A stretch of DNA of 64,000 bases from positions 64,001 through 128,000 of the forward strand of contig JALHMH010000008.1 in assembly GCA_022844165.1 (NCBI GenBank), written 5' to 3'. The position numbers were made by a program, and so were the translations under genes. Of the stretch, positions 42,742 through 51,348 are shown one piece after another. The first letter of the stretch is position 1; each line of letters starts with the position of its first letter. Source of the DNA: Lysobacterales bacterium (GTDB lineage: Bacteria; Pseudomonadota; Gammaproteobacteria; Xanthomonadales; SZUA-5). The notes beneath the pieces were generated by a model. That model searched no databases. It was not told the DNA's origin and saw only the letters and a list, made by a program, of their open reading frames with translations.

Positions 42742-44736
42742 TCAATCGCCGATGCCGAGTTTCTTGCGAATCGCGGCGGTGTTGTAGCGCCGATCGCCAC
42801 GGATGACGGTCGATACTTTGCGCAGGTCGCTGATGTCGACGGAAGGGTCGCCATCGACAAGAATCATGTCGGCGACCATCCCGGGGGCGATTTTGCCGTA
42901 CCGATCACTTTCGCCCATGACCCTCGCGGCATCCCAGCTGGCGATGCGCAGTGCGTCGGCTGGGGGAATGCCTGCGCTGACGTACAGCTCCAGTTCTCGC
43001 TGTAGCGCCCAAACCGGCGTGGCATCTGTGCCCGCCACGATTTGCACGCCAGCACGATGCACCACGCCGACAATATCGATCATGCGCTGATACGACAGTT
43101 TGTAATGCCGATCGTTGCTGGCATCGGTGGGTAAACCGCCCGTCGCGGCGCGGATCGCGCGTTGCCAGGTGGGTGGCAGGCTGCTGATGCTGGTGGTGAA
43201 GGTTGGCCCCATTCTGCCGGGGCGATCCAGGAACAAACCCTCGAATGTCACCAGGGTAGGATCGATGACTGTGCCCTTGTCCTTCATCAGCGCAATCAGG
43301 CGGCGCACCGGCGAGCCGGTCAATGCAACGCCATATGCATTCTGTGCGACCACCGTAAAGCGCTGCGGTGTGCGCGTGTCGACGGTTGGGCCCGCCAGGA
43401 AATTGAGAAACAGAAAGTTCGCATGCTGCAATTCATCGGCGCCCTGAGCAATGAACTGTTCCGCATTCATGCCCTGCGGAACGTGGCCTGAGAGCCTCAG
43501 TCCGCGTGCCTTTGCCGTTTGCGAAATGATCGGCACGAGTTCAGGCTTCAGCGAACTGTAGACCTTGATTTGGCGATACCCTGCGTCGGCGTAGTCATTG
43601 ACCGCCTTGATCGCTTCCGCCTCGGTATCGGCAAACACTTTGGTCGGGCCAGCGTAGGGACCGCGACCATCGATGAAACCAGCTCGTACGATACGCGGAC
43701 CAACATCCTCGCCGTCTTCGATGGCGCGTTCGAGTGCGTCGAGTGCGGATTGTTCGTTGGCCATGTCGCGCACGCTGGTCACACCGCTCATCAGGTGCAG
43801 CATCCCATCCGAACCGGCGCTGATGTGCACGTGCATATCCCAGAGGCCCGGCATCAGGAACTGCCCCTTCGCATCCAGAATCTCTGCCTTGGGTGGGGCC
43901 TCGATGTTCGGGCCCACGGCAGCAATCTTGCCATCGGCGATGAGCACGGATTGCGGATGGCTGACAGTCTTGTGCTCGGCATCGAAAACGCGCGCATTGG
44001 CGATCAGGAGGGGTCGACGGATCCACAGCGTCAGATCTTGAGCTCGCACCTTTGCCAGCCGAGCCTCTTCGCTGCGCTGTCGCTCTCCGATCGTCTCAAG
44101 CGCATCTTCATAACCCTCGCGCACAAGTGAAAACCAGGGCGACCAAGACGCGAACATCTCCTGATCGCCGTCCAGCCAGATCAGTGCCGGCATCATGTCC
44201 AGACCTTCGATGGCATACAGCGCAACACGCCTCCGCTGCTTGCCTGAGCCAACCTTGGTATCGCCAATCTTGCGCACGTGCGCCTGTCCGGAAGGCAACA
44301 GCGGCAAAGGCTGCTGGCTGTTGGCTAATGCGGCACGGGCCAACATGGCCAGGTCTTCGGGTGTCCCTTCGAGCGACAGGTAAAACGCATCCAGTTGATC
44401 GCTTGATTCGTCTTCCGCCGAGTTTCTCCATTGCGCGCGGGTATCGTCGCGATGAAACGACTCGTCGACCGGCGATTTCATGTAGCTGACCCCGCGGATG
44501 CGGAGCGAGCGCTGCAGGCCGCGTTCGTCGACGCGGTACTCGCCGTCGAGATTCGGGCCGCGGCCGCGATCATTGAACTCGTAGTGCACGACGCGCGTCA
44601 GCGGATCGGGCCGCTCGATCAGCATATGGCCCGATGCTTTGCCCATGGTCAGCATGGTGTAGCGCTGATTTTCTGCCAATGCGCGCGTTGATGTGAGCGT
44701 CAGAGTGGCGGCCAGCAGGAACCATGCAGCGCGCAT
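42742..44736 (-). CDS. Exported amidohydrolase family protein
   Basis: Signal peptide; MPGLWDMHVH, LSGHVP, VAGTD and GKIAPGMVADMILVDGDP. Confidence 0.88.
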   Translation of the reverse strand: MRAAWFLLAATLTLTSTRALAENQRYTMLTMGKASGHMLIERPDPLTRVVHYEFNDRGRGPNLDGEYRVDERGLQRSLRIRGVSYMKSPVDESFHRDDTRAQWRNSAEDESSDQLDAFYLSLEGTPEDLAMLARAALANSQQPLPLLPSGQAHVRKIGDTKVGSGKQRRRVALYAIEGLDMMPALIWLDGDQEMFASWSPWFSLVREGYEDALETIGERQRSEEARLAKVRAQDLTLWIRRPLLIANARVFDAEHKTVSHPQSVLIADGKIAAVGPNIEAPPKAEILDAKGQFLMPGLWDMHVHISAGSDGMLHLMSGVTSVRDMANEQSALDALERAIEDGEDVGPRIVRAGFIDGRGPYAGPTKVFADTEAEAIKAVNDYADAGYRQIKVYSSLKPELVPIISQTAKARGLRLSGHVPQGMNAEQFIAQGADELQHANFLFLNFLAGPTVDTRTPQRFTVVAQNAYGVALTGSPVRRLIALMKDKGTVIDPTLVTFEGLFLDRPGRMGPTFTTSISSLPPTWQRAIRAATGGLPTDASNDRHYKLSYQRMIDIVGVVHRAGVQIVAGTDATPVWALQRELELYVSAGIPPADALRIASWDAARVMGESDRYGKIAPGMVADMILVDGDPSVDISDLRKVSTVIRGDRRYNTAAIRKKLGIGD

Positions 44737-44800
44737 AACGATCCTTGATCGAAAAGACACGCTGCAAGATCGGCGCGCGCGGCTGGCGCGTCAAGTGCCT

Positions 44801-45808
44801 TCAAGGCGCACAGTCGACGTTGGCGCACACGGTGACGCGGACCTGGCCCCGATCCTCGTAGGCGAAGACGGGGCGACCATCGGTGCGCAGTGCGAGCGAC
44901 GGATTGTCCCCGCGCTCCGGTGCCGGATCGGGTGTGCGCAGCGTGGTCGTTGCGCAAGCGACATCGGCGCACACGCGCAGCGAAATGCCATTCACGCTGC
45001 GATAGGCGACCCTGGGATAGCCGTCGGCGGCGAACGCGATATCCGTTCCGGTATCGGCGTTTCCAGTGCCCAGGACAACCGAAGTGCCGGTCTGGCAGAT
45101 GCCCAAACCGCCTGCGCAACGAAGCACTCGGATGGTGCCGGTTTGGTCGCGATACGCCAGCGTGCCGATGCCATCTGGCGCCATCGCTGAGGATAGCCCG
45201 CCGTAGATGCCGACAGCCAATCGGTAGGTTTCATCCACCGAGCACGCGTTGTTCAAGCAAACCACTGCTTCGAGATCAACTACGTTTGCGGAGAAACTCA
45301 GCGGCAAGCCTGTAGCGCTGACGATAGCGGCCAGCGGTGCGACGATTTCCCCGTCGGCCCTCAATCCGTGCCAGGTCGAACTCGTACAACCGCGATCTAC
45401 GCAATCTTCGCCGGTGATCCGGAAGGCGATCTCACTGTGGACGAACCATGGAAGCTCGGACGAACGAAGGACCAGGGCGACGCCCGAACCTGCATTGAAC
45501 GAACCAACATCGACGGCCCGCAAACTGCCGTTGGCGCAGGTTTCGTCGCTACAGTCGAAGCCGTACAAGTCTTCGCCGATCGCGTCGCGATAGGCGATCA
45601 ACGCGGTGTCGTCGGCGCGCAATACCAGATCGATAGACCCCTCGAAGGCTGCGCCGACCGCATCGATGGTCCGCACGATGGCGGTGGCGCAGGTTGCATC
45701 ACCGCAGGTTGCCAGCTTGATCTCATCGGTGTCGGCGTCATAGAACGCGGTCACTGGCCGCCCGTCGCTGCGCAACACCAGCTTTGGCCACAGCCCCGAA
45801 TCGTCACC
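44801..45808 (-). pseudogene. N-terminally truncated Cys-repeat beta-propeller-like protein
   Basis: Several ~50-aa repeats of the form DG-x-P-x-x-A-Y...C-x-D-x-x-C; begins mid-repeat (GDDSGLWPKLVLRSDGRPV) with no signal peptide or RBS. Confidence 0.6.
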
Positions 45809-45960
45809 AAGTCTGGTGCCCGTGTTAGCAGCATGTGCAGAACGGCGTATGCCTGGGGACGAAGCGCGCGCTGCCCCTCAGGTGTTGAAAGTCGTTCGCA
45901 GGCTGTATCGAGCTCATACGCATCAAGTTCGTCCGTGAATGAGCAAAAGCACAAACGCAT
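45802..45960 (-). pseudogene. Fragment of a CadC/OmpR-type winged-helix regulator
   Basis: YELDTACERLSTPEGQRALRPQAYAVLHMLLTRAPDLVT resembles the start of a Trans_reg_C domain, then breaks off. Confidence 0.6.
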
Positions 45961-46068
45961 CGCGGCATCCTGGGCTGTCAGTCTTTAGATGCTCACGCGA
46001 AATCCGGAAAAACTTCGCCACTCCCGAAGCGATCTTGCGAGCGTTGTAACCGCTTTTGCCATGGCAAC

Positions 46069-47493
46069 CTACTCGAACCCATTGCTGAGCAGGTCTTGCT
46101 GGACGCCGAGTCGAATCAGTCGGACGCGGCCGTTGGCGAGGCTGTCGGTCAGCAGCAGCGGGCGTCCGGCGGCATCGACGGTGATGTCGAATATCCGTGG
46201 TGTGTCGAGCCCATCGAGTCGCGGGCAGAAGTCGTAGTCGCACGCGCCGCGGCGATCGAGTCGCGAGACCAACATCCGGTTGTCTTGCGGCGTGCCGCCG
46301 TTGAGTTCGGCAACGCCGCCCAGCAGCACTCGTCCGCCGGGTGTGGCGTACAGGCTCTTGATCTCGGTGGTCAGCGCCGGATTGGTGGTCGTCACCGAGC
46401 GAAATCCACCCGGTCCGAATTCGGCTGCGAGCGGACCTTCTTCTCTTAGTGCGACGATATGGCCGTTGCCGAACGTGGCCGAGTCCTGCACGGCGACGAA
46501 AATCCGGTTTGTCGCCGCGACGATCGCGCTCGCAAGGCTGTTGTTGGCGACGCCGATCTGTGCGGCGGTCAGCAGATGCTGGAAGCCGGCGCTGTTGCCG
46601 CAGCTCGATGCATCGGCGCAGAAGCTGCCGTCGGTAACGCCGGTGCTGGTCAGCCGGGCGATGCCGAAGGTCTTCACGCCGTCGCGGGTCCAATCGCCGA
46701 GGACCACCAGCCGGCCGCTTGGGTCCAGCGTCGAGCGCGCGAAAAATGCCAGGCCGGTGCCGGGAAAACTCACGCTGGCATAACCCGCGAATCCGTAGCT
46801 GGTATCGATCGTGCCGTTCTCGGCGTTGACACGGAGCACGCCCACCGAGCGCTCGCCGCTGGCGCCGCGGCGGTCGGCGACAACGTAAAGCAGCTCGCCG
46901 ATGGCGTGCAAGCCGTAGACCGTGCCGCCGGTGGTTCCGCCGAAGTCTTCGAATCGATAGCCGGCGCAACCGCCGGCCGCAAAATTCGGATCGAGCTGGG
47001 CGGTTGGGGTGATGCTGCACAAGCGCAAGCGTGGGCTGCCATTGAACTGATCGCTTCCGAGAACGAAGATCCGATCGAATACGGTGATCGTTGGGCCGAC
47101 GTTGCGCTGCCAGCGCGTGTAGGCGAAATGGACCACCGAATCCATGCTCACGGCCGTAACCGCTTTGCCGATGCCGAAGGAGCCATAGGTGGTGTCCAGC
47201 AGGCCACTGTTGGTGAATCGCGCGGTCGCCACCGCTCTCGACACGCCGGTGACCGGGTCCGGGTTGTATGCGGTCATGACCCAATAGCGCGGTGCTTCGA
47301 ATATCGTGCGTCCTGGTACTTCAACGACTTTCCGGCCGATGCCGACCGAGCCGGGCAGGGTGTCGAATTGCAGGGAGAAATCGTGGATCCCGTTGGCGTT
47401 CGGGCCGAACTGGATATCGAAACTGCCATCGTCGGCCATCGCCGTCGCAACGCAAAACGCGAACCAGAGGCCTACGCAAAAACGAATGATCAT
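46069..47493 (-). CDS. Secreted delta-60-repeat beta-propeller protein, C-terminus DLLSNGFE
   Basis: Signal peptide MIIRFCVGLWFAFCVATAMA; repeats ARFTNSGLLDTTYG, NGTIDTSYG and ARLTSTGVTDGSF. Confidence 0.8.
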   Translation of the reverse strand: MIIRFCVGLWFAFCVATAMADDGSFDIQFGPNANGIHDFSLQFDTLPGSVGIGRKVVEVPGRTIFEAPRYWVMTAYNPDPVTGVSRAVATARFTNSGLLDTTYGSFGIGKAVTAVSMDSVVHFAYTRWQRNVGPTITVFDRIFVLGSDQFNGSPRLRLCSITPTAQLDPNFAAGGCAGYRFEDFGGTTGGTVYGLHAIGELLYVVADRRGASGERSVGVLRVNAENGTIDTSYGFAGYASVSFPGTGLAFFARSTLDPSGRLVVLGDWTRDGVKTFGIARLTSTGVTDGSFCADASSCGNSAGFQHLLTAAQIGVANNSLASAIVAATNRIFVAVQDSATFGNGHIVALREEGPLAAEFGPGGFRSVTTTNPALTTEIKSLYATPGGRVLLGGVAELNGGTPQDNRMLVSRLDRRGACDYDFCPRLDGLDTPRIFDITVDAAGRPLLLTDSLANGRVRLIRLGVQQDLLSNGFE

Positions 47494-47527
47494 GATCGGG
47501 GACCGTGCCGTGAAGGGTACTGTCCGC

Positions 47528-47555
47528 TCTCGTAATCGGGCGCCGAAGACTGACA
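47528..47555 (-). promoter_or_regulatory. Putative ECF promoter TGTCAGT-N16-CGAGA
   Basis: Same boxes and spacing as the motif at 48160-48187; faces the delta-60 gene. Confidence 0.6.
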
Positions 47556-47620
47556 TCGCCGTTCGGACGCCGCGGTCGCTCCGATATGATGACCGCCGCC
47601 AGGCGAGCGCCACGCACGGG

Positions 47621-48148
47621 ATGCAAATGACGGACGCCACACTGCAGGCATTGGTCTATCGCGAGCTCAAGCAGCTCGCTCGACGCGCGCTCAAGCCCTT
47701 TGCGATGCACGAGACGCTCAATACCACTGCTCTGGCGCATGAGGCCTACGTCAAGCTCGCGCAGCACGCCGCGCGGCATGCGATGGCGCCGGAGCATCTT
47801 CGCGCCCTGGTGGCGCGTACCATGCGCCAATTGCTGGTCGATCGAGCGCGCCGCCGGTTCAGCGAAAAACACGGTGCGACTGCGTTGGCGCCGCCGGCAT
47901 CAGCGGAGCCGGGCGATCTGCAGTTCGACGGCCAACCGATCGACATCGTGCTGGTCGATGACCTGCTGGTACAGCTCGCCGCGCTCGATCGCCGCCAGGC
48001 GGAGATCGTGGAGCAGCATGTGTTCGGCGGCATGAGCTTTGCCGAGATCGCGAACCTGCATCAGCTGACCGAGCGCACCATTTTTCGCGATTGGCGCAAG
48101 GCGCGGGCATTCCTGATCGCACGAATGGATGGTCTGGCGTCGCCGTGA
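47621..48148 (+). CDS. ECF sigma factor of the kinase-associated (ECF43/EcfK-like) type
   Basis: VYRELKQLAR, ETLNTTALAHEAYVKL and RTIFRDWRKARAFL; directly upstream of a kinase. Confidence 0.9.
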   Translation: MQMTDATLQALVYRELKQLARRALKPFAMHETLNTTALAHEAYVKLAQHAARHAMAPEHLRALVARTMRQLLVDRARRRFSEKHGATALAPPASAEPGDLQFDGQPIDIVLVDDLLVQLAALDRRQAEIVEQHVFGGMSFAEIANLHQLTERTIFRDWRKARAFLIARMDGLASP

Positions 48149-48159
48149 GGCCAGCCGAT

Positions 48160-48187
48160 TGTCAGTGTTTCTCCCCCGGCGTCGAGA
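48160..48187 (+). promoter_or_regulatory. Putative ECF promoter TGTCAGT-N16-CGAGA
   Basis: Lies in the ECF-kinase gap, 23 nt before the kinase ATG; matches the motif at 47555-47528. Confidence 0.6.
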
Positions 48188-48210
48188 AGGGGACTATTTG
48201 AGGTCTGCCC

Positions 48211-51147
48211 ATGGACATTAGCGCGGCCCGGCTGGCAAACATCGGCGAACACTTCGACGCGCTGCTCGATCTCGATGCGGCCGGTCGCGAGGCTTATCTG
48301 CGCGATCTAAACGCCGACCCGGCATTGGTGCGGGAACTTCGCGCGATGCTGGCGGCGGACGCGCAGCCGCTGGATCTGGCGGCCGCCGTGGCGCAAGCGT
48401 ATGCCGATGTGACGCAACCGATCGGCACGGCGGAGGACGCGAATCCCGATCCCGCACAGTTCGGCCCGTGGATCGTCCGCGGCGTTCTTGGGCGAGGCGG
48501 CATGGGTGTGGTGTATGAAGTCGAGCGCGAGTTCGAGGGTTCGTGGCAACGAGCGGCGCTGAAGCGCATTCGTGGCGGCGTGGATCGAAGCTCGGCGCTC
48601 GCGAGATTCGCCATGGAGCGCAGCATTCTGTTGCGCCTGCAGCATCGCAACATCGCCGCATTCCTCGACGCGGGCGCTGAGGCCGACGGCACGCCGTGGC
48701 TGGTGATGGAACGTATCGATGGTGTTCCGCTGCTCGATTGGTGCGCACAACGCCAGTGCGGGATCAAGGAACGCGTGCGATTGTTCGCCCAGCTCTGCGA
48801 AGCGGTGCAGTTCGCACATCAACACTCGGTGGTGCATCGCGATATCAAGCCGGGCAACGTACTGGTCGACACGACCGGCACGGTGAAACTGCTGGACTTC
48901 GGCATCGCCAAGTTTCTGGGTGAGGCATCGCATAGCGTGCTCGCGGTGACAATCGACGGGCCGATGACGCCGCAGTACGCTTCGCCCGAACAACTGCGCG
49001 GCCAGCCGGCCAGCACGCTGACCGATGTCTACGGACTCGGCACCGTTCTCTACGAACTGTTGTCCGGCCAACGGCCGTACGCGCGCGCTGGCGACAGCGC
49101 GCCCATGGCCTGCGCCCGTGTCTTGAGCGATGAGCCCTGTCGTCCTCCCAGTGTTGTTGTGCGCGAGACGCGCGAACTTGGCGGCAGCGTCGATTCGCGC
49201 GGGCTGCGTGGCGATCTGGACGCCATCGCGCTGCGGGCGCTCGCCCGCGAAACCGATCGCCGTTTTGGCAGTGTCGACGCTCTGCTCGACGATCTGCGCC
49301 GCTATTTGTCCGGGCATCCGGTTCGCACCCGCGGTAACGCCTGGCACTATGTGTTCGGTCGCTTCCTGAGCCGGCATCGGGCGGCCTCCGCCGCGGCCGG
49401 CGTCGTATTGTTTGCGCTGATAGCCACCAGCATCGTTTCCTGGCAAGCGGCCGAGAAGGCGCGTCTGGAAGCCGAACGAGCGGAAGCCGCGCACGCTTTT
49501 TTGCTGTCGCTGTTCGACGCTGCCGATCCGATGCGCGAGGGCTTCAAACTGTCGGCGCTCGATATCGTCTCCGCTGGCGCGCAACGCCTGGCGTCTGGTT
49601 ATGCCGAACAGCCCGAAGCGCGGGCCGAAGCGGCACTGACCATCGGCACCATTTTAGGTCGACTGGGTGACGCGAAAGGGGCGGTGGAGCAGCTGGCCTG
49701 GGAAGATACGGTGAGCTTGCCGGGCAGCGAGCGTCGGGCGGGCGATCGTTTGACCTTTCTTGCGCTCGCGCAGTTGCAACTGGGCGAACTGGCGGCAGCC
49801 GAAAGCGCCGCCAAGCGCGCACTCGACATCGGCACCGCAGCGGATCGACCGATGGCCACGGCGCGGGCGCTGAGCCTGCTCAGCGAGATCGCTCGCCAAC
49901 GCGGCGATCGACAAACGGCCGTGGCGTTGGGGGCGCGCGCGGCGTCGTTCGCGCGTCGCAACGAGGCGTTGCCGGAGGCGGTCGATGTCTTGTTCCAATA
50001 CACCAATGTGCTGCGCGAGAGCGACGACATCGGCGCGGCAAGAGACGTTGCAGAAGAGGCTATCGCCATCTGCGCGACAGCACCGGTCGCCTGCGGTTAT
50101 CGATTGCCGAAAGCGCGCATTCAACTGGCGCCGCTGCAACTCAAGGTGGGCGATATCGATGGCGCCCGAATCGGGCTGGAAACCGCGCTCGCCGAAGCCG
50201 AGCAGTGGCTACCGCCCTCGCACCCGATCCGCATCGACGCGCTGTCCCTGCTGGCGCGAATCGAGGGTGATCTTGGGCAGCACGAAACCGCCATCGAACA
50301 CGCCAAAGAAGCGGTCGACCTGCAGCGCAGGATCGGCAGCAAAAGCGTTCTCCTGGGCGGTTATCTCAATGCACTGGGCGGGCGCTATTCGGCGGCCGGT
50401 CGCGAGCACGATGCGCTCGCCAGTTATCGCGAATCGGTGGCGCATTTCGAAGCCATCGGTCAATCCGATCACCCCTACGCGCTGGCGGCGCTCGGCAATC
50501 GTGGTTCCGTATTGGCCAGGCTGGCGCAGTATCCCGACGCCTTGGCCGATTCGGCCGCCGCGTACTCGGCCTCGCAGCGCGTCTCCGGTCCGGAAGCGCT
50601 CACCACCTTGGCCAAGGGCGTGCAGCTGATGCGAATTCGCGCCCAGGCCGGCGAAAAGGATCTTGCCCGCGAACTCGCGCAAACGCTTGCCCAATCGTTG
50701 ATCCGGCAGCGGCAGCAGGCGCCGATGCTGGTCGATCTCGCCATCCCAGTGAGCGTATTGCTCGCTGGCGAGGACGAGCACCAGGCGGTGCTGGACCTGT
50801 CCGGCCTGGCTCTCGAAGGGCTGCGTTCGCGATCGCAACCGCAACCTCTTCGAGAGAGCGAGGTGCTCAGGCGCCAGGCCGACGCGCTGCGCCAGATCGG
50901 ACAGTTGCCGGCCGCCATCGCCAGCGCAAACGAGGCGCTCGAACTGGCGCTGGCCGCCGATCCCGATGGCAGCGACCAGCGCACGCCTGCCGCACGGATC
51001 GCGCTGGCGCAATGTCTGGCCCAATCGGGCAACTTGCCGCGCGCCCGCGAGTTGCTGAGAACCGCCATCGCCGAACTGCGCGCCACCGAAGATGGCGACA
51101 GCCCAAGAATCGCCGCCGCGACGGCGTTGCTGGATTCGATACGGTAG
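48211..51147 (+). CDS. Hanks-type Ser/Thr kinase with transmembrane segment and TPR repeats
   Basis: LGRGGMGVV, AALK, HRDIKPGNVL, DFGIAK and YASPEQ. Confidence 0.92.
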   Translation: MDISAARLANIGEHFDALLDLDAAGREAYLRDLNADPALVRELRAMLAADAQPLDLAAAVAQAYADVTQPIGTAEDANPDPAQFGPWIVRGVLGRGGMGVVYEVEREFEGSWQRAALKRIRGGVDRSSALARFAMERSILLRLQHRNIAAFLDAGAEADGTPWLVMERIDGVPLLDWCAQRQCGIKERVRLFAQLCEAVQFAHQHSVVHRDIKPGNVLVDTTGTVKLLDFGIAKFLGEASHSVLAVTIDGPMTPQYASPEQLRGQPASTLTDVYGLGTVLYELLSGQRPYARAGDSAPMACARVLSDEPCRPPSVVVRETRELGGSVDSRGLRGDLDAIALRALARETDRRFGSVDALLDDLRRYLSGHPVRTRGNAWHYVFGRFLSRHRAASAAAGVVLFALIATSIVSWQAAEKARLEAERAEAAHAFLLSLFDAADPMREGFKLSALDIVSAGAQRLASGYAEQPEARAEAALTIGTILGRLGDAKGAVEQLAWEDTVSLPGSERRAGDRLTFLALAQLQLGELAAAESAAKRALDIGTAADRPMATARALSLLSEIARQRGDRQTAVALGARAASFARRNEALPEAVDVLFQYTNVLRESDDIGAARDVAEEAIAICATAPVACGYRLPKARIQLAPLQLKVGDIDGARIGLETALAEAEQWLPPSHPIRIDALSLLARIEGDLGQHETAIEHAKEAVDLQRRIGSKSVLLGGYLNALGGRYSAAGREHDALASYRESVAHFEAIGQSDHPYALAALGNRGSVLARLAQYPDALADSAAAYSASQRVSGPEALTTLAKGVQLMRIRAQAGEKDLARELAQTLAQSLIRQRQQAPMLVDLAIPVSVLLAGEDEHQAVLDLSGLALEGLRSRSQPQPLRESEVLRRQADALRQIGQLPAAIASANEALELALAADPDGSDQRTPAARIALAQCLAQSGNLPRARELLRTAIAELRATEDGDSPRIAAATALLDSIR

Positions 51148-51348
51148 ATTTCCGCGTCATGAGTGTTGTAGCTGAATCGTGATCCCTTCGTGGAACCGGT
51201 GCTTTTCGTCGCCAGGGCAGGCGGCGATGGTAGCGCAGGTACTGCGACAAATCGGCATCCCCCATTCATGGGACGACACTCAGCAGCGCCGATTGGACAA
51301 TTTTCCTGTTGCTTTACGCGACGCTTCCTATCCCTGCTGAGAACAACG

